DNA of 63,438 nt, filler included, from Anaerolineae bacterium (lineage in GTDB: Bacteria > Chloroflexota > Anaerolineae > Epilineales > Epilineaceae), in NCBI GenBank assembly GCA_029262755.1. It is 5 parts of 5 records of this genome, joined end to end, with 100 filler letters (N's around TTAATTAATTAA, not from the genome) between each part and the next. Parts side by side here need not be neighbours in the genome. Positions count along the whole stretch, not along the records: positions 51,169 to 58,719 come from JAJCYU010000165.1; positions 58,820 to 63,438 come from JAJCYU010000171.1; 3 more parts are not named here. One strand, 5' to 3'. A program made the position numbers and the translations under genes. Shown here piece after piece: positions 51,069-62,489 of the stretch. The notes under the pieces were generated by a model. The model saw only the letters and a program-made list of their open reading frames with translations. It ran no database searches and was not told the DNA's origin. Numbering within the stretch: the stretch's first letter is position 1; every line of letters begins with the position of its first letter.

Positions 51069-51168
51069 NNNNNNNNNNNNNNNNNNNNNNNNNNNNNNNN
51101 NNNNNNNNNNNNTTAATTAATTAANNNNNNNNNNNNNNNNNNNNNNNNNNNNNNNNNNNNNNNNNNNN
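51069..51168. other. Artificial contig spacer
   Basis: N-run, TTAATTAATTAA, N-run. Confidence 0.98.
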
Positions 51169-54100
51169 GAAGTCGCGCTGCGCGACGCCGGCGTTTCCGG
51201 TCTCACGGGCATCACGCGCAACCAGACGGCCACGAACCGTCAACGCGCGTGGCGCCAGCATCACGCGTCCGGTCTCGTCCAGCTCCGCAAGCAACACATC
51301 GATCCGAGACAGGCCATCGTGCGCATCGCCTTCCACGGCCAAGGTCGCCGTCAACGCCAAGGTGGCGGCGAGCCGGTCGAGGGCCTCGCCCAAGCGCCCC
51401 AGTTCGGCGATCGCCGCTTCCAATCCGGCACGGCCGCGCTCCATCTCGCCCAAGGCCAGGTCCGCGCGCGCGATGAGCCCGTCCATCGTGGCCACGCCGG
51501 CGGCCTCGCCCAGCTGTTCGAAGATCGTGCGCGCCTCTTGCGCATGTGCGCGCGCAGGCTCGGCCGCATGGGTGGCCAGGCCGATCGAAACGAGACCGCG
51601 GAGGGCGTTGGCCTCGTCCCGTCGGTGCCCGTCCTCGCGGCTGCTGGTCAGCGCGCGGCGTACATGGTGCTCCGCCTCCGCGGGACGCCCACGTTCCAAG
51701 GCCACGGTCGCGGCGGCCTCGCGCGCGTTGCGTTCCGCCGGGCGATGCCCCAGCTCGGTGGCCAGGAGCACCGCGTCGCGAATGCGCTCGTCGGCGGCGC
51801 TCAATCGCCCCGCCCGCGCATGCATGGCTCCCACGGCGAGCGTGCCGTTCATCCGGCCGAGCCGGTAGTCCGCACGGCGCGCGGCGTCTTCGCAGCGCGT
51901 GGCGGACTCGGTCGCCGCGGCGAGATCGCCAAGGTGATCGTGGAATACGGTCAGCGAGTAGTGAATCGCGCACTCCAGCCGCAGATAGTCGCGACCCGCG
52001 ATATCGTTCAAGACCGCCGTGCTCGCGTCGCGGGCCGCGGCGGCGTCGCCGTGATAGAAGGGCATGCCTGCCAGCAAATAGGCCGCCTCCGCCGCCAGTC
52101 GCTCGTCGTTGGCGGCCCGCGCGCAGACCAGCGCCGCCTCGAGATCGCGCGTGGCCTCTTCGGTGGCGCCGTCCAGACGCTGCAGTACGGCGCGCAAACG
52201 CAGCGCGGTCGAGGCGGCTGCTTGCAAGTAAATGCGTGCCCCCGGCTCGCTCGCAGCGGACTCGATGTCAGCCTCGCCGTCCGCGAAGTGCTGGACACCG
52301 TCCAGGTGGACCAAGGCCAGCGCTCGCTCCACCGCGCGGCGTGCCTCGTCCTGGCGCCCTGCGCGATGATCGAGCCAGCCCCGTGCGGCGAAGATCGCGG
52401 CGCGCGCAGCGCGGGTATCGGCGGTATCCGCACCGCGCAGAGCGTCGTCGCCGGACGTCGTCGCGCCAACGGAGTCGTCCGCGTCGAGATCGCCCCTGTC
52501 CACGGCCGTGGAGCCGACGTCGCGGCCCTCGGCGCGCTGTGCGCCTTCCGCGAGCTCGGCGAACGCGGGGGGCGCGCCATCGGCCGCCGCGTCGATGCGA
52601 TCGAGCACGACGAGTGCGTCCGCGCAGAACTGAATCCCGTCCTCAAGCGGCCCCTGCGCATAGGTGTAGCCGGCCAGGAGCGGGGCGGTCTCCACCACGA
52701 GCGGAGCAGGACCCTGCGCAACCGCATGGCGCCACGCCGCGCGTAGGTTGCCGCGATCCGGCTCCATGACCGCAACGACCTCCGGCGCATCGACCCCGTG
52801 CCGCTGGGTCGCGTCCACGAATCGGCCCAGGAAGTGGCGAGCGTGACGATTGCGTACTGCGTCGTGCAAATCTCCGTGATGGGCGAGTCGTTCCAAGCCC
52901 AGCTCGCGTAGCAGCCCGTGAATTAGGTAGCGATCCGAAGCCGCACGGCGCACGAGGGACGCGCGGACCAGCTGCCGCAGCGCCGACGCATCGGCGCGGG
53001 CGACCTCGCGTGCCGCCACGTCGTCGAAGCCGCCGCGAAACACGCACAGTCGGGCGAAGGCCAACCGATCGTCGCCGTCGAGCGCGTCCCACGAGCGATC
53101 GAAGACGGCGCGGATGCTCGCATGACGCGGCGTGCGCTCGCCCGGCGCAGCGCGGAGTGCATCCGGATCCGCCCGTACGGCGTCCGCGATAGCGCGGCAG
53201 CTCTGGCTCTCGAGCCAACCGGCCGCCAGCTCGAGCGCGAGGGGCATGCCCTCCACGTGTCGCGCGATCGTGGAAACCGCATCGGCCTCGGCCTGCGGGT
53301 CGAAGTCCGGCCGCGTTCGCCGAGCCGCCGCCACAAACAACGCTTCGGCCGCGAAGGGGGTGCGCTGTGGATCGCGCGCATCGTCCAGCTCCGAAGGGCC
53401 TTCGACACCGCGACCGCGTTCGCCCGGGCCAAGGCCGCCGCCGCCGAATCGATCCTCCCGAGAGCCGACCTCGACGCCGACCGCGGGATCGCCTGGGTGG
53501 TCGAGCCCGGCCAAGGGCAACTGCTGTTCGCCGGGCAGCCCCAATACCTGGCGTGACGTGACCACGATGCGCACCTCCGGCGCGCGCGCGAGGATCTGCG
53601 TGCATAGCGACGCCTGTTCGCTCAGGTACTCGAAGTTGTCGAGTACGAGCAGCATCTCGCGATCCGTGAGCGCGTCGATGAGGCGGGCTTCCGCCGCGGC
53701 GGGCTCGGCGGGAGGAAGGCCCAAGGCTGCCAGCACGGCGGCCGCCACGCTCTCGTCGGGTCGCAGGTCCGCCAGCGGCACCACCAGGGCCCCGTCCAGG
53801 CGCGCGCTGGTCTGACGGCGGGCGACCTCCAGCGCCAGGCGCGTCTTACCCATCCCACCCGGTCCGAGCAAGGTGATCACGGGGCGTTCGGGCATTCGTA
53901 GCCAATTCGCGATGCGCGCCAGCTCCGCCTCGCGTCCCACGAAGGGCGTACGATCCGTCGACGGCGCTGCGGAGCTGCCGCGGGCTCGCCGGTCGAGGAT
54001 CCGCTCGCGCAGCGCGAGGGTGGCCGCGTCCGGCGCAACATCGAGCTCGCGTTGCAGGCTCTCGCGCAGCGCCTCGTAGGCGCGGAGTGCGGCCGTCGTA

Positions 54101-54711
54101 TCGTCTGCGAGCGCCAATGCGCGCATCAGGCGCCGTTGCGCGGCTTCGTCCAGCGGGTCGATCGCGACGAGGCGCCGCAGGATTGCCACGGCCTCCGTCG
54201 CCTCGCCGCGCGCCTCGGCGTCCGCGGCATGTGCCCGGAAGGCTTCCGAGGCCATGCGGGCGAAGCGTGCGCCTTCGTTTTGCCGCCAGGCCTCAAAGTC
54301 CGGCGCATCGTCCAGCCGGAGGTCGGCAAGGAAGACGCCCCGGTAGCGCGCAGCGGCACGGGCTGCGGCCGCTCCGTCAGCGCTCTCGGACCAGGCCGCA
54401 ACCCGCACTGCGTCGATTTCGTCGCCCGGCGCCGCATGAAAGCGCACGGTCTTGCGATCGGCCGCGATGCGCGTGCCCGCGATCTTGCGCACGTTGGTCA
54501 GCGCCACGCGCAGGCTACCGCGCGCTTTGTCCTGCGGGGACGACGGCCAGAGGAGCGCACACAGCGCATCACGCTCGATGGGCCGCGCTTCGTGGCACAG
54601 GTAGGCCAGCAACGCGCGTGCTTTGTCGCTGTGGAAGCCCGTGACCACGCGCTCGGCCACCGCGACTTCGAGCGGGCCGAGCATCGCGATGCGCATCCGT
54701 GCTTCCGGCAT
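51169..54711 (-). CDS. SARP/AfsR-type regulator: wHTH-BTAD, NB-ARC-like STAND ATPase, TPR; 3'-truncated
   Basis: GAGGT RBS; KARALLAYL, DPLDEAAQRRLM, FVGREAEL, GPGGMGKT, VLDNFE, VTSR, GMPLALEL. Confidence 0.93.
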
Positions 54712-54964
54712 GGTCACCTCGCAGCGCCGCGGAGGGCGAACGGTACCGGGGGACGGTGCGCGGCACAAGGCGCGCACCGTTGACCCGCAGGCGCACCCGA
54801 CCCTATGATCTCGCGTCCGTCCGCGGCTATTCTGGGCCGTTGCCAGTGCCTGGAGTCCGCGACGTCCGACAGGAACGAGCCGTCCCCGAACGCCGATAAC
54901 GCATACGTCCGCCTGGGCGAGCCGAGATATCTCGCGCTCCCGGCGACCTGGAGGCCAGCGTCCC

Positions 54965-56461
54965 ATGGCATACACGTCCGAATTCGCTCGATCTTCGCCC
55001 AAGCACCAATCTCCGACCGAGGGGCCCCGCCGCTCGGGACGTCGCTTGCCGCTCGTCGGCGGCGGTTTCTTGCTCCTCTTCGGCCTGATCGCGGTTCAGA
55101 ACAGCCGGCTGCATACGGCCGCACAAGACGGGCCCGTCGCCGTGCGCTACCACGAGGGGCTGGCGCTCACCTTGGAGGACGCACCCGATGTAGCGGCGGC
55201 TTTCGCGGGAGCGGCGATTGCCGATGTTTACGCATATGCCTATGACGGCGCCGCATGGACGCGGATCGCGATGCAGGTCGACGAGCGCGACGCGACGGCG
55301 CTCTTCGTTGCCGAGGAAGACGGGCTGATCGACGCGAACGACGAGATCGCCTGGCTCTACGACGATGCCGGGCTTGCCGCGGAGGACGGCATGACGCCTG
55401 CCGGCATGGCCGACGCGCAGGCGGCGGCGGTGATTGCCGTGGACGACCCGCTCCGCGCCGATGAGCCCGACGCGACGCGCTGGCTCTACCTCTTCCATGC
55501 ACCCGGCGGCAGCGAAGATGCCGCGCCCGCCGAGCTTGTCCGCTACGACGCCGAGGCGCGCGAAGTGCGCACGTCGGACTACGTCCTCGGCTTCGCATCC
55601 TCTGCCGTGGAGGACGACGGGTTCTTCGGCATCAAGCGCCTGTCGCTTTCCGGCGATCTCGAGACGGATCTGGTCGACCGGACGAAGTTCCGCGCGAACG
55701 TCGATTTGTTCGGCCAAGCGTTGGCTCTCACCGAAGAGAACCTCGGCACCATCATCGCGCAATTCGGCGGTGCAGAGTTGAACTTCGACGTCGAGCCTAT
55801 CAAGGGCGGCGCCGTGCGCGCGATCCTCTCGGCAGCGGGCGGATCCGCGTGGCCACGCCGTGCCATGCTGACCGTAGCGCCCGGCGTCGCGGAGGGCTTG
55901 CCCGGCGGCGATGGGCCGATTGCGATTCCGATCACCAACCTTCGCCTCAGCTTGGATCTGAACCTGCGCGCGGTCGAGGCCGGCGCGACCTACCGTGACC
56001 CGAACCTCTCCGAGCCCGTCGCGATCGACGGTGTGCCGGACACGGTGCCCGACGCGCCACTCCCCGCGTGGCGGGAGCTCGGTCTACCCACCGCCCGGGC
56101 CCTGCTTCTTGGCGGCGTCGACGCGGCGGACGCGCCTACGGCTCGCGCGTTCTATACGGACCTTGAGGCCGGTCTGGACGGCGACACGGGCGATGGACGC
56201 TCGCTCGGCGAGCACGGCGTGACCGCCGACGAGATCGGCGATCTCTTTGCAGCCGGCTTCCCCGGTGAGATGGTCGTAGTACCGGCCGATGAGTTCGAGG
56301 ACCTCGGCGCCGAAGCGCTTCTTGCGGCGCAGGAAGATCCGCTTGCGATCCGGGTCGCGTCGGTGACCGGCGGCCCGCCCGCTGCCACGGCGACGCCGGT
56401 ACCCAGCCCGACGCCGGAAGTCGAGGGCCACACGATCCACCTGCCGTGGAACTTTCGCTAG
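54965..56461 (+). CDS. Secreted acidic hypothetical protein with PT linker and terminal IHLPWNFR
   Basis: Hydrophobic N-terminal segment; QVDER..EDGLIDANDEI; ATATPVPSPTP then TIHLPWNFR*. Confidence 0.8.
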   Translation: MAYTSEFARSSPKHQSPTEGPRRSGRRLPLVGGGFLLLFGLIAVQNSRLHTAAQDGPVAVRYHEGLALTLEDAPDVAAAFAGAAIADVYAYAYDGAAWTRIAMQVDERDATALFVAEEDGLIDANDEIAWLYDDAGLAAEDGMTPAGMADAQAAAVIAVDDPLRADEPDATRWLYLFHAPGGSEDAAPAELVRYDAEAREVRTSDYVLGFASSAVEDDGFFGIKRLSLSGDLETDLVDRTKFRANVDLFGQALALTEENLGTIIAQFGGAELNFDVEPIKGGAVRAILSAAGGSAWPRRAMLTVAPGVAEGLPGGDGPIAIPITNLRLSLDLNLRAVEAGATYRDPNLSEPVAIDGVPDTVPDAPLPAWRELGLPTARALLLGGVDAADAPTARAFYTDLEAGLDGDTGDGRSLGEHGVTADEIGDLFAAGFPGEMVVVPADEFEDLGAEALLAAQEDPLAIRVASVTGGPPAATATPVPSPTPEVEGHTIHLPWNFR

Positions 56462-56636
56462 CTCGAGGCTCGCGCATCGCATACGGAAGACGCCTCACCC
56501 CGACCTCCCATCTCAACGGCTCACCCCCAACGACGAAACCAGCACGTCGCTCCCTGCGTGGGACACGTCGACACATCACCCGTTCGCAACTCGTTCTTCG
56601 CCGCCGCCATCTCGCCCGCCCCGTGGACAGCGCCTC

Positions 56637-57578
56637 ATGCTCGAAGTCGTATTCCTGGGTACATCCGCCTCCGCGCCCTCCGTGCGGCGCGGGTTGCCCG
56701 CCACGATGGTGCTCTACCGAGATCGCCGCTTCTTGATCGATGCGGGCGAGGGGACGCAGCGTCAGATCCTGCGCTCCGGTCTCGGCTTCAAGCGTCTGGA
56801 TACCGTGTTGCTCACCCACGGCCACCTCGACCACATCCTCGGGCTTGGCGGTATCGCCAGTACCTTCGCACGATGGGAAGCCGCGGATACGCTGGATATC
56901 CATGGCGGCAGCTGGGCCCTGGAACGGGTGCGGGATCTGATGGACGTCGTGATCCGCGGCGGCGCGCAGGACCTCGAGATCGTCTACCACCCACTGTCGC
57001 CCGGCCCCGTCATGAAGGCCGGCGATCTCGAGGTGGTTGCGTTCCCGGTCAAGCACCGCGGCAGCGGTAACTTCGGCTTCTTGTTCCAAGAGCGTTCCCG
57101 CCGGCCGTTCCTGGTCGAAAAGGCCGAAGAGTTGGGCGTGCCGGCCGGCCCCATTCGGCGCGACCTCGTGCGCGGCGAGGCCGTGACCCTGCCGGACGGC
57201 CGCCGCATCGAGCCGGATGCGGTCCTCGGACCCGCCCAGCCGGGCGTCAAGATGGTGTTCCTCGGCGATGTGGCCCGGGTCGACGACCTCGTGCAAGTCA
57301 CCCAGGGCGCGGACTTGCTGGTATGCGAGAGCACGTACATCTGGGAAGACCGCAAGGTCGCGCGGCAGTTCGGCCACCTGACGGCGCGCGAGGCCGCCAC
57401 GTTGGCCCGTGACGCCGGCGTGTCCCAGCTGATCCTGACCCACGTTTCGCGCCGCTATCCGGTGCGGCGCATCAAGGAAGAGGCGCGCGCCGTCTTCCCA
57501 GCCACGCGCGTCGCGGAGGACCTCGAGCACGTCCGCGTCACGCGCGGCCTGGTGGAACGCGTGCGCAACGACGCGTAG
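56637..57578 (+). CDS. rnz: Ribonuclease Z
   Basis: FLGTSASAP, IDAGEGTQRQ, THGHLDH, GP exosite, ESTY, GHLT, LTHVSRRY. Confidence 0.93.
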   Translation: MLEVVFLGTSASAPSVRRGLPATMVLYRDRRFLIDAGEGTQRQILRSGLGFKRLDTVLLTHGHLDHILGLGGIASTFARWEAADTLDIHGGSWALERVRDLMDVVIRGGAQDLEIVYHPLSPGPVMKAGDLEVVAFPVKHRGSGNFGFLFQERSRRPFLVEKAEELGVPAGPIRRDLVRGEAVTLPDGRRIEPDAVLGPAQPGVKMVFLGDVARVDDLVQVTQGADLLVCESTYIWEDRKVARQFGHLTAREAATLARDAGVSQLILTHVSRRYPVRRIKEEARAVFPATRVAEDLEHVRVTRGLVERVRNDA

Positions 57579-57665
57579 GGCGCGTCCTATCTTGTTTTTG
57601 GACGCGCTCGTAGGCCGGCACGCGACAGCAAGCGACGGCTGATCGTTGGCCGACGGGGAACCAGC

Positions 57666-58719
57666 CTACGAGCCGCCGATCGCCCATAGCCGGTCGCGCA
57701 GCCCCGAAGCGCGTTCGACGCGGCGCACGACGGCCTCGCGCAGCACCTCGGTCTCTGCGTAGATCGTGACGTGCTTGCGGGCGCGGGTCACGGCGGTGTA
57801 GAGCAGCTCCCGCGACAGGATCGGGGAGACGCGTTCGGGCAGCATCACGGCCACGGCATCAAATTCGGAGCCCTGGCTCTTGTGGATGCTCATCGCGTAC
57901 ACCGTCTCGTGCGGCGGTAGCCTTCCGGGCGCGACATGCCGCGGTGTGCCGTCCGGTCCCATGAACACGGCGGAGCGCCCCTCCGGGCGCGACGGATCCG
58001 CCACGATGAGCCCGACATCCCCGTTGAACAGCCCGACCCCGTAATCGTTGCGCGTGACCATCACGGGGCGGCCGCGGTAGAAGCGGCTCGTACGCGTTTC
58101 GATCAGCCCTTCCTCGCGCAGCGCCCACGCGAGCAGCTCGTTCACGGCCGTGACCCCGCGCGCGCCGCGCCGATGCGCGCACAGGACCCGGAAGCGCTCG
58201 AGCGCCAACAGGCGGGTGGCCGGATCGGAAGGGCGGCCATCTGCGTGCCCGTCGCCGCCCAGCACGTCGCGGTAGCCGGCGATGGCGCGTGTGCGAAGGT
58301 CTGGATCGAGCCTGCCGGGTCCGTCGCGCGGGGCGATGCGGACCACGTCCGGCACCGCAGGATCGTCGAGCAGGCCGAGCGCGGTGTCCGCGTCGCCGGC
58401 ATTGATGGCGGCCGCAAGGTTGCCGATCCCGGAGTCCGCGTCGAAGCGGTAGCTGCGTCGCAGCTGGACGACGCAATCGTGGATCGAAGGGCCGGGATCG
58501 CTCGCGTCGCCCGCGCTCGGAATCCGCTCGCCCGCCGTGGCCAGCACGTCGCGCGCGAACGCGGCCGTGTGCGACCACGGAGCGCCGCCGTTGCAGATGT
58601 CGCCGAGCACCGCGCCGGCCTCCACCGAAGCCAGCTGGTCCTTGTCCCCGAGCAGGATCAAAGTCGCGCTGGGCGCCACCGCATCGACCAGACGCGCCAT
58701 CAGGGCGAGGTCGATCATC
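57666..58719 (-). CDS. recD: RecD (exodeoxyribonuclease V alpha), 5'-truncated
   Basis: LGDKDQLASVEAG, SYRF, FNGDVG, AMSIHKSQGSEF, RELLYTAVTRA. Confidence 0.95.
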
Positions 58720-58819
58720 NNNNNNNNNNNNNNNNNNNNNNNNNNNNNNNNNNNNNNNNNNNNTTAATTAATTAANNNNNNNNNNNNNNNNNNNNNNNNN
58801 NNNNNNNNNNNNNNNNNNN
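58720..58819. other. Artificial contig spacer at the boundary to an AT-rich contig
   Basis: N-run, TTAATTAATTAA, N-run; abrupt composition change. Confidence 0.98.
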
Positions 58820-59277
58820 CAAAGGCCCCAGGTACCTGGGGAAGTCTGGCAGCTCTTCCTTTTGCGTTTATAATTTCAGTGTATACCTGTCCCTATGCCC
58901 TACTCTCCGGGACCATTGCTTTATTTTTTATAGGAATATGGGCATCAGACAAAATAGAAAAAAATGCTCAAAGAAAAGATCCCGGCTTCATTGTCGTCGA
59001 TGAAGTAGTAGGTCAATGGATCGCTCTGCTTCCCCTACCGTTTCTCTATAACATCCTCAAGCCCGATTCATTTTATTTATATTTTGCCATCACAGCCGCA
59101 GTCGCATTCATTTCTTTCCGTATTTTTGATATATGGAAACCATGGCCTGTTAACTATGTAGATAAGAATGTTCACGGTGGCTACGGAATTATGCTCGATG
59201 ATGTCATTGCGGGAATGTACGCGCTCATAATAACTTCTGCACTTGCAGCCGGAATAGTCATGTTTATTTATGCATAG
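58820..59277 (+). CDS. pgpA: Phosphatidylglycerophosphatase A, 5'-truncated
   Basis: KAPGTWGSL from 58822, DPGFIVVDEVVG, FRIFDIWKPWP, GIMLDDVIAG. Confidence 0.95.
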
Positions 59278-59290
59278 AGGAAAAACTTAA

Positions 59291-61090
59291 ATGACTCAAT
59301 TTGTGAATGATGTGAGTGCCTGTGTAACTGAGTCATTAGAAGGAGTCGCGCTTGGTTCCTTTGGCAATTTAGTATTGCTGCGTGATAAGAATGTAATTCT
59401 ACTTAATCCAAATAAGGACAGGAATCGAAGTAAAGTTGCAATTGTATGCGGAGGAGGGAGTGGTCATGAACCTGCGCATTCATCCTTTGTTAATCTCGAA
59501 ATGCTATCTGCTGCAATTTGCGGTGAGGTGTTCGCTTCTCCAAGTGTCGGCGCTATAGTAGATGGGATTCGTGCTCTTGTCAGCCATAGTGAAGAACCAC
59601 AAAAGGGAATCCTGATAGTTATTAAAAATTACACCGGTGATAGAATAAATTTTGGAATGGCTAGTGAAATTCTTTCCTCTGAAGGTGTCTTATTGAAAAA
59701 GATAATTGTCGCGGATGATGTCTCATTGCCTGACATTAAAGCCCGAAGAGGTGTTGCCGGTACTGTCCTGGTTTATAAGATAGCAGGTGCACTTGCACTT
59801 CAACAAGAGACTAGTAATTCTAATACGCAACAGCAGTTAAACGAAATATATGAAGTTGCTGAGAAAGTAAACAAGAATATACATTCAATGGGTTGCGCGT
59901 TAAGCTCATGTCACAGACCGGATGGATCTACAATATTTACCTTACCGGAAGGTGAAATGGAGATCGGAGTCGGGATACACGGAGAACGAGGAGTGTTACG
60001 AACACCTGTACAGTCCAGCGATAAGATTGTTACTCTCCTCATTGACAACATTCTGACGGCAAAACAACAACACGAGACAGAAAATGGCAGTAGCAAGCGG
60101 ATGGTTCTGCTGACAAACAATCTGGGGTCCGTATCTGGACTGGAAATGGGTATTGTTCACAGAAAGGCGATACTGTATCTGGAAGAAAAAGGATATGAGG
60201 TGTCCAGGGCCTATTGTGGGACATATATGACCTGTCTTGATATGAGAGGGATTTCATTAACATTGCTAACAGTTGTTGATGATACATTCCTGGATTTGCT
60301 TGACGTTGCTGGTGCGGACTTTACCAAAACCAACTGGAAACCAGACAGTGATTATTCTCATTCAATCTCTTCTATATACATAAACGCTCCAAGATCCCTG
60401 GATAGTCACATAAATAGTGACTTTGAAGATAATAGCTTAGATGCTGGTAATAATAACATTGCTGATACTGTGGATAAAGAGTTAATGAGTATAATTGAAA
60501 AAGTGTGTGAAGCAGGAGTCGGCGCTAGAGAGATACTTAACAATTTAGATAGGGAGTGTGGAGATGGTGATGCCGGAGACACGTTAGCTACTGCCTGCAA
60601 TGCTATATTGAGTAACCTGCAATACTTTGGTGTCAGACATGTTAATACCGCCTTCAGACGAATTGCCAGATGTTTAACAGATGCAGTGGGTGGTACGAGC
60701 GGCCCATTATATGCTGTATTCTTTATCCGTGCTGCTGCCGCGTTCAGTTCTCATGCGAATCACAATAATAGTAAAGAATGGAAATCCGAACTAAACTGGA
60801 TGGATGCAATTCAAAATGGAATTTCCGGAATAGAAGAGTTAGGGGGTTGTTCCAGAGGAGACAGGACTCTATTAGATGCGTTATACCCTGTTTTCGAAGT
60901 GTTGAAAAATAAGAGTGCTGAGGGAGAGGTTGGGATTGATGATTTAGTACAAGCCGCAAAGGATGGTGCAGAGCATACCCGCAATTTGGAAGCACAAGTT
61001 GGCCGGGCAAGATATGTTGAAGGGAAAGGGTTGGGGAAAGTAGATCCCGGTGCTTTTGCTGTTTACCTATTATTAAAAGCACTCTTGTAA
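59291..61090 (+). CDS. ATP-dependent dihydroxyacetone kinase, fused DhaK-DhaL (triokinase-like)
   Basis: GGGSGHEP, KNYTGD, RRGVAG, GIHGE, LD..GDGD.G, GGTSG, DRTLLDAL, GRARY, DPGA. Confidence 0.95.
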   Translation: MTQFVNDVSACVTESLEGVALGSFGNLVLLRDKNVILLNPNKDRNRSKVAIVCGGGSGHEPAHSSFVNLEMLSAAICGEVFASPSVGAIVDGIRALVSHSEEPQKGILIVIKNYTGDRINFGMASEILSSEGVLLKKIIVADDVSLPDIKARRGVAGTVLVYKIAGALALQQETSNSNTQQQLNEIYEVAEKVNKNIHSMGCALSSCHRPDGSTIFTLPEGEMEIGVGIHGERGVLRTPVQSSDKIVTLLIDNILTAKQQHETENGSSKRMVLLTNNLGSVSGLEMGIVHRKAILYLEEKGYEVSRAYCGTYMTCLDMRGISLTLLTVVDDTFLDLLDVAGADFTKTNWKPDSDYSHSISSIYINAPRSLDSHINSDFEDNSLDAGNNNIADTVDKELMSIIEKVCEAGVGAREILNNLDRECGDGDAGDTLATACNAILSNLQYFGVRHVNTAFRRIARCLTDAVGGTSGPLYAVFFIRAAAAFSSHANHNNSKEWKSELNWMDAIQNGISGIEELGGCSRGDRTLLDALYPVFEVLKNKSAEGEVGIDDLVQAAKDGAEHTRNLEAQVGRARYVEGKGLGKVDPGAFAVYLLLKALL

Positions 61091-61154
61091 TAGAGGATTA
61101 AGAATTGCCTGAAGTTAATAATCAGCATGGTATAAACCAAAATAATTTTTTTTA

Positions 61155-61526
61155 TTACGTTTCAGTTGTGAATCCCGCCTTGACCCAACCACTGTAGCCA
61201 CCGTCCATAGAACTTACGTTTGTATAACCAATCTTTTGTAGATTATCAGCGGCTAATGCAGAACGGAAACCACCCCCACAATATAATATAATCTCCGCTT
61301 CTGTGTCATTTATCTTTTTTTCTATATCACGCTCAATAACTCCTTTTCCAATATACATAGCACTCGTTATATGTCCTTTCTTCCATTCACTCTCTTCACG
61401 AACATCTACCAGATGAAATGTATCTCCACGATCAAGCTTACCCTTGACCTCTTCCACATTAGTTTCTCTAATTCTGCTTTTAGCGTCATTAACGATAGAT
61501 AAAAATCTTTTTGAATGTTCTTTCAT
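61155..61526 (-). CDS. Single-domain rhodanese
   Basis: LVDVRE..EW..GHI, active loop YCGGGFRS, MDGG..GW. Confidence 0.93.
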   Translation of the reverse strand: MKEHSKRFLSIVNDAKSRIRETNVEEVKGKLDRGDTFHLVDVREESEWKKGHITSAMYIGKGVIERDIEKKINDTEAEIILYCGGGFRSALAADNLQKIGYTNVSSMDGGYSGWVKAGFTTET

Positions 61527-61607
61527 TAAGCCCCCCTTCCTGGCCGCATAAGTCTAATATCTTTTTTATACCTATTCTTGATAGCTAGCCGGTTTTGATT
61601 GTCATTG

Positions 61608-62225
61608 CTACTTTTGTAGTTTTCTAATTATATCTCCCGGATGAACAGCTACACCAAGATATTGATTCTTCTTATAAAAAAAAGTGTGCTTTTTAACTAT
61701 TGGTCTGTTTGTCCCGGAAACGGGTACAAATTGCAGCTTTTGGTCGAAAGAGTTATATGTCGGTGCTTTCCTGCTCTTATAGCTTCCCATACCACTCCCC
61801 TTTTCTGACTGAATTATCCAGTAATATCCTCCTGGTAGATAGTCAAAATATCTCCATTTGCCTGGGAATGCCCATGGATGTAAAACCTGGTAGTTCTCGA
61901 GCTCGGTCAGATAAAGATGTCCAACTTCAGTGTTGTGTGATGATCCGGAGTTAGAATCTTTTCCTTTCAAGAGAGAAGGAAGCCTCCAGTCCGTAAATTC
62001 AATGGTACCAACCCTTACAGATAATTTGTCCGCCCACATTACCGCATCATCGTACTCAGGTGAGAGATGACTATAATCGTACCAAGTGATGTCAAGATCG
62101 GTATCATAGACCAGATTGTGTCTCAAATTATCTTCACCTCTGAGTATCAGTTCGGCCTTAATCGTTGTCCCAATTCCAAATACAACTGTCATACCAATTA
62201 AAAAAAATAGTATCGTTCTCGTCAT
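61608..62225 (-). CDS. Secreted hypothetical protein (DUF1566/Lcl-like)
   Basis: GGAGG RBS, signal peptide, VYDTDLDITW..A..WA..L..DWRLP..E.GHLY..EL.N..YYW. Confidence 0.6.
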   Translation of the reverse strand: MTRTILFFLIGMTVVFGIGTTIKAELILRGEDNLRHNLVYDTDLDITWYDYSHLSPEYDDAVMWADKLSVRVGTIEFTDWRLPSLLKGKDSNSGSSHNTEVGHLYLTELENYQVLHPWAFPGKWRYFDYLPGGYYWIIQSEKGSGMGSYKSRKAPTYNSFDQKLQFVPVSGTNRPIVKKHTFFYKKNQYLGVAVHPGDIIRKLQK

Positions 62226-62489
62226 AATTAAATTACCTCCTTACCTCTCTAACAAATTATAATCAAGATTTGCTCCCATTAAATTATGAAAAAATATATT
62301 GTCAACACTTCCATAAAGTACTCGAGTTCACTCTTAGATTAACTAAGGCTTTCTATTACGACAATAAAACCATATGATACTTGTACTTCCATACAGTTAT
62401 GTGATAAGATTAATCTTTTGATACAGTTAATTGCGGCTGAAGCTTGCGGCTACATTAATATGCAATAATTTAGATAAGGGTAAATACTA

